Shown here: positions 1 through 7,753 of the stretch, piece after piece | Numbering within the stretch: position 1 is the stretch's first letter | Layout: every line of letters begins with the position of its first letter | Sequence record: PX246731.1 | Length of the DNA stretch: 64,000 nucleotides | Origin: a phage | Direction: 5' to 3' (one strand) | Position numbers and translations under genes: made by a program | The notes under the pieces: model-generated | Databases searched by the model: none | The model's input: only the letters and a program-made list of their open reading frames with translations | What the model was told of the DNA's origin: nothing

Positions 1-434
1 CATTCGCTGATATTAGCTCCAGTACTAACCCATCTGCTGCTACTGCAACACTGACACTTAACGACGTAACAGCTGCTTCCGCTGGTACTTATAAAGTGAT
101 TGCTACTGATGCTAATGGAACCACGGTAGAAGATACGTCACTGCTGGCTGTAGGCTACTACGAAGCAAGCTCCCTGGTAGCTACTCCTGCTTCACTGGCT
201 CTGTCTGTTGCTGCCGATCTTGCTGCTGGTAAGACTGTAACAATTGCTGCTATGCCTGTTGGTTCTTCTGCTGGTACTTTGTCTATCAAAACTGCTCCAG
301 ATTCTGGTCGTGCTACGGCTACCATTGCTGGTAACGTACTGACAGTTAAACCAGTAGCTGCTGGTGATGCTACTTCTGTAGTAGTTACCAACGGTACGGT
401 CGATGTAACCATCGCTGTTACTGTTGCAGAGTAA
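1..434 (+). CDS. Ig-like domain protein, 5'-truncated at window edge (possible capsid decoration protein)
   Basis: Frame is open from position 3 to the stop at 432-434, so the gene enters from upstream. Thr/Ala/Val-rich sequence with TYKVIATDANGT resembles bacterial Ig-like (Big_2-type) domains. N4 has an Ig-like decoration gene in its early region. Confidence 0.45.
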   Translation, partial: FADISSSTNPSAATATLTLNDVTAASAGTYKVIATDANGTTVEDTSLLAVGYYEASSLVATPASLALSVAADLAAGKTVTIAAMPVGSSAGTLSIKTAPDSGRATATIAGNVLTVKPVAAGDATSVVVTNGTVDVTIAVTVAE

Positions 435-486
435 GGGTATCCCTTATTTGGGGTTATAAACCCTGAAAGGAAACCCTCAAGATTGG

Positions 487-514
487 CCTCCCTATTGAAG
501 GGAGGTCTTTTTTT
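487..514 (+). terminator. Rho-independent terminator
   Basis: Stem cctccc(487-492)/gggagg(500-505) with 7-nt loop, followed by a T-run (tcttttttt). Confidence 0.6.
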
Positions 515-539
515 GACTTAAACAAACCGGAGCCAGGAA

Positions 540-728
540 ATGTATAAAGAGATTGCATTCTTCTCGTTCTTATTAGGTGGGTTAATTGGTGCAGGATTTG
601 TAGCTATTTCTAATACCTACTTTGGTTCTACTCCAAACTCTGTAACACAAACCCTCAAGCATGAATGTGAATTGAATATCCCTCGTAATCAAAACTGTGT
701 AATGCAGTTCGTACCGGAGAAGAAATGA
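540..728 (+). CDS. small hydrophobic protein (putative membrane protein)
   Basis: 62-aa ORF with a hydrophobic N-terminal segment (FFSFLLGGLIGAGFVAI); stop overlaps the next ORF start. Confidence 0.35.
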   Translation: MYKEIAFFSFLLGGLIGAGFVAISNTYFGSTPNSVTQTLKHECELNIPRNQNCVMQFVPEKK

Positions 729-910
729 AACTTACTCAGTCCCAAGCAATCTTCCTTCGCATGGTTCAAGGTGGTTCTGCCACTAGTAACCGTAATAACA
801 AAACCGCACAGTCTCTTAAGAAGCTGGGCTTAGTACAGTTCAATGCTGGTCTTGGGTGGTCATTAACCCCTACCGGAGTACTGCAACTCAACGAGATGAA
901 AGGTAACTAA
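725..910 (+). CDS. hypothetical protein
   Basis: 61-aa ORF, start overlaps the upstream stop (ATGA), tightly packed with neighbours. Confidence 0.3.
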   Translation: MKLTQSQAIFLRMVQGGSATSNRNNKTAQSLKKLGLVQFNAGLGWSLTPTGVLQLNEMKGN

Positions 911-1240
911 ATGAAAACTTTACTTAAAGGTATTGCAGTAGCTGCACTGATAGCTTTGGCTCCAAATGCACAAGCAATTGAGCCAGAACCAATTCTGGAA
1001 GGTGCTCAGGCTTATCTGGATGACACTCGCGATGCGTTCGGACAAGGATTCTTCATGGGCAGTATGATCTCTTACATCGAGAGCACAAATAACTGTGTTC
1101 CGGATGGTATGAAGTATTCCGACATTCTACCTAAGATTGCCAAAGTAGTTATTTATGATTCTGCAATCCTCAAATTGAAGAATACATCTCAAATTGTCGT
1201 GTACTCCGTACACAAGGCATATCCCTGCACTAAATCTTAA
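911..1240 (+). CDS. small secreted/periplasmic protein (signal peptide)
   Basis: N-terminus MKTLLKGIAVAALIALAPNAQA has a basic n-region, hydrophobic core and AxA cleavage motif. Confidence 0.45.
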   Translation: MKTLLKGIAVAALIALAPNAQAIEPEPILEGAQAYLDDTRDAFGQGFFMGSMISYIESTNNCVPDGMKYSDILPKIAKVVIYDSAILKLKNTSQIVVYSVHKAYPCTKS

Positions 1241-1274
1241 TCAGTAATCCCATTAGCTTTAGGAGAGTAAGTAA

Positions 1275-1588
1275 ATGGCAAGCATCGACTCCTTGACTGT
1301 ATGTAATTCACGTCAAGCTCGTAACTTTATTATCCGTGCCCTGAAAGCAGGTAACGTACCGTTCCTGACTTCATCACCTGGCATGGGTAAATCTGCAATC
1401 ATTCGTTCTATTGCAGAAGAATTTGGTATGAAGTTAATTGACCACCGTCTATCTACTTCTGCCCCGGAAGACCTGTCTGGCTTACCTTTCCGTAATGGTG
1501 ACCGTGCAGAGTTTATTCCATTCGCTGACTTATTCCCCATTGAGGGAGACGAAGTACCAGAAGGCTATAATGGCTGGCTCTTATTCCT
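1275..1588 (+). CDS. MoxR-like AAA+ ATPase, exon 1 of 3 (join 1275..1588, 2471..2804, 3671..4075)
   Basis: RBS aggag upstream of ATG 1275. Walker A SSPGMGKS. The ORF ends LLFL just before an in-frame stop; the Walker B continuation DEFN is found 882 nt downstream in frame. Confidence 0.7.
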
Positions 1589-2470
1589 TAACTGACGGGG
1601 CTTCATGAGAGCAATCTCATGTCGAAAGTTACCTAAACAGGGAACCTCTTCTAATATGGTTGGCTCAGGTGTATACTTGAGTTTTAATCAATTGGAGACA
1701 ATCCTGTGCTAAATAATGAAATTTGGAAAGATGTGCCCGACTTACCGTATGAAGTTTCCAACTTTGGTGTAGTACGCCGAAAAGAAGGAAAGTATAAATA
1801 CAAAAATAGGACACATATAAAACCGTATCTTAATAACAAAGGGTACTACTGCGTGAACCTGTACATGAATAGTAAAGTGTACAAATATCAAGTTCATCGT
1901 CTGGTAGGCATAGCCTTTGTACCAAACCCCAATAACTATCCAGTTATTAATCATATAGATGGAAACCCTCTTAATAACCACGAGAGTAACCTGGAATGGT
2001 GTACCCAGTCCCAAAATATTAAACATGCTTGGGATACTGGATTATTGTCAAACAGACATGCCAACGCTAGTAACAAAAATCGTGGAGGCTCCTCCAAATA
2101 CGTAGGTGTATCCTGGAGTGAGCAAAGACAAAGATGGTGTGCCCATATAAGGGTTAACAAGAAATCTATTGGTTTGGGACGTTACAAAACAGAGGAAGAG
2201 GCTGCCAAAGCCTATGACTCCTACGTAACTAACAACAATCTTACACAGATTGGGTACAGTACCAATTTCATTTAAACGCCAAACGACTATCGAAAACACA
2301 CAGAAATGTGGAAGTGAGTAGAGTAGGGTGCAAGCCAATGGCACTCGAAACGGTAACAGCCCTAGCAATAGGGCTTTGATATAGTCTCCTCTGCATGGTG
2401 ACATGCAGCAGTCAGTATTCACTGAGTGTACTGACGGCATTAGTAGTTGCGAACTAATGTGAAGATAATG
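1589..2470 (+). mobile_element. Group I intron 1 (self-splicing intron carrying an HNH homing endonuclease ORF)
   Basis: 5' exon ends in U (1588); intron ends in G (2470). GNRA hairpin catgaga-gcaa-tctcatg at 1604-1621. Core 2276-2470 contains gatatagtct (group IA S-element-like) and hairpin ctgcatg-gtga-catgcag at 2391-2408. Strong similarity with covariation to the second element at 2805-3670. Confidence 0.7.
1706..2275 (+). CDS. HNH homing endonuclease (NUMOD4 / HNH_3-type, intron-encoded)
   Basis: GTG start at 1706 with ggag RBS. N-terminal EIWKDV..YEVSNFGVV (NUMOD4-like), HRLVGIAF and NHIDGNPLNNHESNLEW (HNH), C-terminal AP2-like YVGVSW..W.A.I. Lies inside intron 1. Confidence 0.75.
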   Translation: MLNNEIWKDVPDLPYEVSNFGVVRRKEGKYKYKNRTHIKPYLNNKGYYCVNLYMNSKVYKYQVHRLVGIAFVPNPNNYPVINHIDGNPLNNHESNLEWCTQSQNIKHAWDTGLLSNRHANASNKNRGGSSKYVGVSWSEQRQRWCAHIRVNKKSIGLGRYKTEEEAAKAYDSYVTNNNLTQIGYSTNFI

Positions 2471-2804
2471 CGACGAGTTCAACTCAGCTAAGAAAGAAGT
2501 AGTAGCTGCTGCATACAAGCTGATTCTCGACCGTATGACTGGTCAGAAAAAGCTTCATCCTAACGTGATGATTGTCTGTGCTGGTAACAAAGCTACCGAC
2601 CGTGCCATTGTTAACCCATTGGGTACTGCAATGCAGTCTCGTGTGGTTCACTTTGAAATGGAACTTAACTTCGACATCTTTGTTGAAGACGTAATGATTC
2701 CTCAGCAATGGGATGAACGTCTGGTTGCATTCTTACATGCTAACCCAGGTTACCTGCATGACTTCGACCCAGCACACAAGAACAAAACGTTCTGTTGCCC
2801 ACGT
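2471..2804 (+). CDS. MoxR-like AAA+ ATPase, exon 2 of 3
   Basis: Begins DEFNSAKKEVVAAAYKLILDR, completing Walker B (LLFL|DEFN). Contains sensor-1-like VMIVCAGN. Proposed end at 2804 (U, codon boundary), 15 nt upstream of the intron 2 GNRA hairpin, the same spacing as in intron 1. Confidence 0.6.
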
Positions 2805-3670
2805 AAACACACTGCGATTCAGGGGAGTAATTCCCTGTCTAAAGCTGCCTAAAACGGGAAACACTTTACATTCTGTTGCCTAAAGGTAATATGTAAAAGT
2901 CAATCCGTTACTAAATTGGGAGTCAGCATGAGTGAGATTTGGAAAGATGTTGTTGAATTTGAAGGTTTATACCAAGTATCTAATACAGGTAAATACCGTA
3001 AGCATGAGTCACGCCAATCTGTAAATAAGTACAGAGAAGTTAAGCCCCTTATCAGGGCACTTAACAAGAACCGATTAGGTTATCTGTATGCCTCTATGTA
3101 CAAAGATGGGAAGACTCATAAGAAAACTATTCATCAACTCGTTTGTGCAGCATTTAAACCAGGCTTTAAGTATGGTGATCCTGTTAACCACTTAGATGGT
3201 AATAAGGAGAATAACCATGAAGACAACCTGGAACCATGCACCGCACAAGACAATAATCTCCATGCTCATAAAACTGGGCTAGCCCCTAAACCAGGTAAGT
3301 CTGTGTACCACAATGTGCACATACGTCGTAGTAAGTATAAAGATAAAATTTACACTTATTACGAAGCCAAGGTTAAAGATAATTACAAGGTAGTATTCTA
3401 CAAACAGTTTAAAGATGAGGTAGCTGCTGCTAAAGCCGTAGATGCCTATCTGGACTCAATTGGGGATACTAGACGTAAACGTAATTTCTGACTTCCATAA
3501 ATGTCCAACGACTATCCCGGGGAGGGAGTAGAGCATAAGCCAATGATGCTCGAAATGGTAGCCACCCTACAGGTAATGCTAAGGGTGTTGATATAGTCTA
3601 GTCTGCATGGTGACATGCAGCAGTTCATAAGAGAACGGGCGTAGTCTTGCGAACTACGTCGAATATCACG
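2805..3670 (+). mobile_element. Group I intron 2 (self-splicing intron carrying an HNH homing endonuclease ORF)
   Basis: GNRA hairpin cagggga-gtaa-ttccctg at 2820-2837. Core 3520-3670 shares gatatagtct and the ctgcatg-gtga-catgcag hairpin (3603-3620) with intron 1. 3'-terminal hairpin cgtagt/actacg (3640-3658) covaries with intron 1 attagt/actaat (2439-2458). Terminal G at 3670, 12 nt after that hairpin in both introns. Confidence 0.65.
2928..3491 (+). CDS. HNH homing endonuclease (NUMOD4 / HNH_3-type, intron-encoded)
   Basis: ATG 2928 with gggag RBS (ORF track starts at TTG 2916). SEIWKDVVEFEGLYQVSNTG (NUMOD4-like), HQLVCAAF and NHLDGNKENNHEDNLE (HNH). Distinct sequence from the intron 1 endonuclease. 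Confidence 0.75.
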   Translation: MSEIWKDVVEFEGLYQVSNTGKYRKHESRQSVNKYREVKPLIRALNKNRLGYLYASMYKDGKTHKKTIHQLVCAAFKPGFKYGDPVNHLDGNKENNHEDNLEPCTAQDNNLHAHKTGLAPKPGKSVYHNVHIRRSKYKDKIYTYYEAKVKDNYKVVFYKQFKDEVAAAKAVDAYLDSIGDTRRKRNF

Positions 3671-4075
3671 ACCTGGGACTTTGTTAATAAAGACCTCAAG
3701 AACCTACCGGAAGGTGCTCTGCCTGATGAGGATTCTATCTACTATGCAGGACACGTTACTGCTGGTAAGGCTACAGAGTTTGTTCAGTTTACACAGGTGT
3801 ACAATCGTATCATTACGATTGAGAAAGTAGTCAAAGACCCACTGGGCTGTGCACTACCGGAAGATAACAACCTGTGCTGGGCTACTGTTAACCATCTGGC
3901 TAACAAAACTACTGAAGAGAACTTCGCTGATGTTCTTCAGTACATTGAACGCTTTAAAACGTTCACCCATAAGATTCTGTACTTCCGTACAGTAGGCAAT
4001 GCATTACCAGATCTTCAGGCTACCCCTGAATGGCGTAAGGCTGCTGCTAATATCTCTCGCTATATTCACGGATAA
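3671..4075 (+). CDS. MoxR-like AAA+ ATPase, exon 3 of 3
   Basis: Frame is open from 3614; first exon codon proposed at 3671 (acc, TWDFVNKDL...) immediately after the intron terminal G. Stop at 4073-4075. The three exons sum to 1053 nt (350 aa). Confidence 0.6.
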   Translation, partial: TWDFVNKDLKNLPEGALPDEDSIYYAGHVTAGKATEFVQFTQVYNRIITIEKVVKDPLGCALPEDNNLCWATVNHLANKTTEENFADVLQYIERFKTFTHKILYFRTVGNALPDLQATPEWRKAAANISRYIHG

Positions 4076-4082
4076 TCACAAC

Positions 4083-5258
4083 ATGAACCAATTTCCTCAG
4101 CACACACTTAGTGATGAACAACTCATGCGTGAGTATGACCGTATTCAGGCTCAGGCCTTCCTGGGCAAGTCTGCTGCGTTCTTTGGTTCATTGCTGTGTA
4201 GTCTTAAGTTCTCATGGAAACGTGAGGATTGCCCCACTGCATGTACTGATGGGATAGAACTCCATTTCAACCCAGACTTCTTTATCTGGATGTGTCCAGA
4301 TGCAAGAGAAACAGTATTAATGCATGAACTATGGCATGTAGCATATCTACATGACATCCGTCGTGGAAGCCGTGACCCGGAAATCTGGAACCAGGCTTGT
4401 GACCACTTCATTAACCTTCAGTTAGAAGAAGATGGTTACAAGTTCACTGGCATTGACAAAGGCATTTGCAAAGACCCTCAATATAAAGGATGGGTCGAAG
4501 AAGACATCTACGATGACCTGATGAAGAACCCTCAGAAAAGGCAGAAGCCGTCAGGGGGTGCTGGAGCAGGTCTTGCTGGCGACATGAAATCCCCCACTTC
4601 GGGGCAGTCCCAGGGTGCTGTTGTCAACAACGTAGTACGTGCAATGCAGAGCCAAAAGATGGCTGGTGGAACAATGCCCGGTAAGGGTGCTGGTCGTATG
4701 GAAGAGGTTATTACCCAATTCCTTAAACCAGTGGTTCCATGGCAGGAAGTTCTCATGAACTTCTTTACCGACATTGATGACACACATTATACGTGGGCCA
4801 GACCTAACCGTCGTTACACTGACATCTATCTACCTTCACTGGAAGATGATGAAGGTCGTTTACGCCACTTAGCCTACTTTGAGGATGTGTCTGGTTCTAT
4901 TAGTAGTGCTGACTCTCTGCGTTTTAACTCAGAGGTCGCCTATGTTAAGAGCCAGTTTAATCCTAAGAAGATGACCCTAATTACCTTCGACGATACTATT
5001 CAAGAAGAGATAGACATCACTGAAGAAGATACTTTTGAAGAGATTAAGATTACTGGTCGTGGTGGTACAAACCTGGAACCAGTACGCGAGTGGATTATTA
5101 AGAATAAGCCAACCGCTGCAATCATATTCTCCGATATGTATGTTCGCCCAATGGAAGAATTGCCATTTGATATCCCTATCATCTGGTGTGTTCTGAATAA
5201 TCCTAATGCTACCGTACCTTTTGGGGAGGTAGTTCATATCCCTAAAGGAATGAAATAA
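4083..5258 (+). CDS. VWA-like domain protein with HExxH metallopeptidase-like N-domain (MoxR partner, DUF2201/COG3864-like)
   Basis: HELWH motif (HExxH) in the N-domain; C-terminal VWA-like region (MTLITFDDT..ITGRGGTN). Sits directly downstream of the MoxR ATPase, the canonical MoxR-VWA arrangement. Start chosen at the first ATG after the exon 3 stop; ORF track shows an upstream extension from 3999. Confidence 0.6.
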   Translation: MNQFPQHTLSDEQLMREYDRIQAQAFLGKSAAFFGSLLCSLKFSWKREDCPTACTDGIELHFNPDFFIWMCPDARETVLMHELWHVAYLHDIRRGSRDPEIWNQACDHFINLQLEEDGYKFTGIDKGICKDPQYKGWVEEDIYDDLMKNPQKRQKPSGGAGAGLAGDMKSPTSGQSQGAVVNNVVRAMQSQKMAGGTMPGKGAGRMEEVITQFLKPVVPWQEVLMNFFTDIDDTHYTWARPNRRYTDIYLPSLEDDEGRLRHLAYFEDVSGSISSADSLRFNSEVAYVKSQFNPKKMTLITFDDTIQEEIDITEEDTFEEIKITGRGGTNLEPVREWIIKNKPTAAIIFSDMYVRPMEELPFDIPIIWCVLNNPNATVPFGEVVHIPKGMK

Positions 5259-5800
5259 TGGAAACACCCATAAAAACCTGTCGCAAGTGTTTGCAGGAGT
5301 TCCCGGCTACGCTTGAGTTCTTTTACAAGAACGCTGGTGGCAAATATGGGGTAACTCCACGGTGCAAATCATGTGTTAATGAGGATAATGCAGCCGGGCA
5401 TGCAAAACGTTTGGCTGCTAATCCAGAAAAGATACGTGCTCAAGCTGCTGCCCGTAGTAAAAAACATTATTACAAAGATTTGGAACAATCGCGTGAACGA
5501 CAGTGTATAGCTCAAAAGAAAGCGAGAAATGATCCCGTAAGGGGAGAACGTATTAAAGCACGTAAACGTGCAAATGGTGCTGGGCTAACACCGGAAGAGA
5601 TACAACAACTCCTCATTAGTCAAGGAGGCGTGTGTGCTATCTGTGGTGATCCACCTACCGATTTAGACCATTGCCATAAAACAGGTAAAGTTAGATTTCT
5701 ACTATGTAAGCATTGCAATAGAGGACTGGGTGCTTTTAAAGATAAGCCAGAACTAATGCGAAAAGCTGCACAACTACTGGAAGACTTCAATGATAATTAA
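5258..5800 (+). CDS. Endonuclease VII-like HNH nuclease (free-standing homing-endonuclease-like)
   Basis: Paired Cys motifs: CRKC..C.SC at the N-terminus and GGVCAICGD..DLDHCHKTGKVRFLLCKHCNRGLGAFKD (Endonuclease_7/HNH-type zinc site). Start overlaps the upstream stop (TAATG). Confidence 0.65.
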   Translation: METPIKTCRKCLQEFPATLEFFYKNAGGKYGVTPRCKSCVNEDNAAGHAKRLAANPEKIRAQAAARSKKHYYKDLEQSRERQCIAQKKARNDPVRGERIKARKRANGAGLTPEEIQQLLISQGGVCAICGDPPTDLDHCHKTGKVRFLLCKHCNRGLGAFKDKPELMRKAAQLLEDFNDN

Positions 5801-6242
5801 CCGTAATCGCTTACTTGAATTGTCTCCAATAAAAAACATGGTTAACTCAAAGCAAACCTTTAATGGTTTTTCTTGGGGATTAACAGAATGCGGATACGAT
5901 ATTCGTATTAAGCAAGATGTGACCATGTTTTTAGGTCGTCGTTTCGTGTTGGCTTCTGCCATAGAAGAATTCGATGTACCTCATAACCTAATGGGACGAG
6001 TACTCAACAAGAGTACCTGGGCCAGAAAGGGTATTGATGCAAGCATGACTACCAATATCGAACCAGGATGGAAAGGTTTCTTGACTCTTGAGCTTCGTTA
6101 TTCGGGAATATTGCCCATTACAATCAAAGCTGGTACTGGTATTGCACAGGTTATCTTCGAAGAGATAGCTGAACATTGTAGTTACAATGGCAAGTATCAG
6201 AACCAGGAAAACCAACCAGTAGCTGCTAGACCTTCAAAATAA
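5790..6242 (+). CDS. dCTP deaminase-like (dUTPase-fold) protein
   Basis: Motifs resemble the dCTP deaminase/dUTPase superfamily: NKSTWARKGI, NIEPGWKGFLTLEL, GIAQVIF. Start is uncertain (internal ATG candidates exist). Confidence 0.45.
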   Translation: MIINRNRLLELSPIKNMVNSKQTFNGFSWGLTECGYDIRIKQDVTMFLGRRFVLASAIEEFDVPHNLMGRVLNKSTWARKGIDASMTTNIEPGWKGFLTLELRYSGILPITIKAGTGIAQVIFEEIAEHCSYNGKYQNQENQPVAARPSK

Positions 6243-6272
6243 AAGGCTATCCGGCTTAATCAAGGAAACAAC

Positions 6273-6479
6273 ATGTCAGCATTTCAAGTAACTCAAGAAA
6301 GTACTGGTATTCGCCTGACCCTTAATGCGAACCAAGTGATTGCAGTACAAGAACTTACCGCAGGTAACTCTGCTATTACTACCGTAGGTGGTGATGTATT
6401 AATTACCAAAGAAACCTATCGTTCAGTACGTAATTACCTGAAGAAAGCTCTTGCTCCTACAAGCAAAGATGCTGAGTAA
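6273..6479 (+). CDS. hypothetical protein
   Basis: 68-aa ORF with aagga RBS, followed by a hairpin at 6491-6517. Confidence 0.4.
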   Translation: MSAFQVTQESTGIRLTLNANQVIAVQELTAGNSAITTVGGDVLITKETYRSVRNYLKKALAPTSKDAE

Positions 6480-6552
6480 GTAGCTGCCTAAATAGCCCAG
6501 CATTGTTGGGCTATTTGTGAAGAAACTAACTCAACCCCACATAGGAACCATC

Positions 6553-6813
6553 ATGGAATCTTTAGCAGCAATCCTTGTTATGTTGTTTGTATTAGCTGTA
6601 TACCTTATCCCTACTATCATTGCTTTTGCACGAGGCCATGCCTCTAAGTGGGGCATTGGTGTGCTAAACATCGTATTAGGTTGGTCACTGGTATTCTGGG
6701 TAGTAACACTGATTTGGGCACTGTCCAATAAAGGACAGTCTCAGACTACAATCGTTAACGTTGGTAGTGGTAACCAGTACAACGTGTCCCAAACGAGCAG
6801 TAAAGCAGAGTAA
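6553..6813 (+). CDS. Superinfection-immunity-like small membrane protein (Imm_superinfect-like)
   Basis: Two predicted TM helices with IPTIIAFARGH....GVLNIVLGWSLVFWVVTLIWA, matching the signature of the Imm superinfection immunity family. Start at ATG 6553 (aggaa RBS) preferred over 6517, which overlaps the upstream hairpin. Confidence 0.5.
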   Translation: MESLAAILVMLFVLAVYLIPTIIAFARGHASKWGIGVLNIVLGWSLVFWVVTLIWALSNKGQSQTTIVNVGSGNQYNVSQTSSKAE

Positions 6814-6886
6814 CTAACCGAAGTATCCCCAAGAGGGTACTTCTGGAAGTTACTTCCAGCTCATTGCTTATCCATCTCCTAACCCA

Positions 6887-6916
6887 AGCCCACCTAACCC
6901 GTGGGCTTTTTTATTT
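6887..6916 (+). terminator. Rho-independent terminator
   Basis: Stem agcccac(6887-6893)/gtgggct(6901-6907) followed by ttttttattt. It lies inside ORF-track ORF 6864..7310, arguing for a later start of that gene. Confidence 0.6.
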
Positions 6917-6929
6917 AAAGGTACTTCTT

Positions 6930-7310
6930 ATGTCAAGTAGACGAAATGGTAAGTCTATCCTACAAGGACTGGACTTCGGTAAGCTGGAACAAACTGCAAT
7001 GCTTGCTTTAGGTAAAACTATCCATGATCAAGTGGAAAGTGAAATTGAAGCAGATATTTATACAAGAATGCAGGTTCTTATTAAGAAAAAATGGGTTACT
7101 ACCAGATCCCTTCATTCATACATTCCCCCAGAACCTCATCTGAAATCTAAGGTAGACCGAATCATAGATAAGTTCTGGCTTAACCCATGTAAGGATGACA
7201 CGCAACTTTATCTGGCTCAAATACAAAAGAATCCTCGTACTAAGGATGTATTCAAAGGCAAGAGCACTACCCATCACTACCCCTGGTATAGAAGAGGTAG
7301 TAAATACTAA
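6930..7310 (+). CDS. hypothetical protein
   Basis: ATG 6930 downstream of the terminator, with aaagg RBS; same frame as ORF-track ORF 6864..7310. Confidence 0.4.
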   Translation: MSSRRNGKSILQGLDFGKLEQTAMLALGKTIHDQVESEIEADIYTRMQVLIKKKWVTTRSLHSYIPPEPHLKSKVDRIIDKFWLNPCKDDTQLYLAQIQKNPRTKDVFKGKSTTHHYPWYRRGSKY

Positions 7311-7753
7311 TGCGTATTCCATTCCTAAGAAAAAGAGAACGAAATCCTGTTCTTTATAATAAAGGCATAGAGGATGAGTATGAACTCAACCGTAAAGCTC
7401 GTTCCTACACAACAAAATTATTCATGGGGACTAAAAACCCTGATAGATTATTGGACTTTGTTTTTGAACAAGTCTTTATCATATACAGCTTAGCTATGTC
7501 TGCTGGTTCACAAGAAGTGAGTGATAAGGCAAGAGATGCTCTCTGTATGCTCCATAAAGAGTATGAAGCCCTCATGTATGAAGACTTATACTCCTTTAAA
7601 AAAGAAACCGCTGTAGCGTGTTCTGTGGCTCTTACTGAAGGTGTAGCAGTATTACAGGAACTACCTCGTAGTGAGTTTAAGCTGGTATACGTTCAGGTTA
7701 AGAAAATCACAGAGACGAGAAGTGGTATCACCAACTATCTAAGGTCATTCTAA
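7310..7753 (+). CDS. hypothetical protein
   Basis: 147-aa ORF; start overlaps the upstream stop, stop overlaps the downstream start (translational coupling). Confidence 0.4.
   Translation: MRIPFLRKRERNPVLYNKGIEDEYELNRKARSYTTKLFMGTKNPDRLLDFVFEQVFIIYSLAMSAGSQEVSDKARDALCMLHKEYEALMYEDLYSFKKETAVACSVALTEGVAVLQELPRSEFKLVYVQVKKITETRSGITNYLRSF

Noticed and set aside
1742-2708. Minus-strand ORFs 1742..2026, 1951..2160, 2048..2518 and 2484..2708 inside intron 1
   Set aside because: Antisense to the HNH endonuclease ORF and the intron core, with no start context; the plus-strand endonuclease and RNA structure explain the region.
3999-4082. Upstream extension of the VWA-partner ORF (ORF-track start 3999, overlapping the ATPase exon 3 by 77 nt)
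   Set aside because: The extension encodes a hydrophobic, low-information peptide in an alternative frame of the ATPase C-terminus; ATG 4083 just after the ATPase stop is more parsimonious. Not fully excluded.
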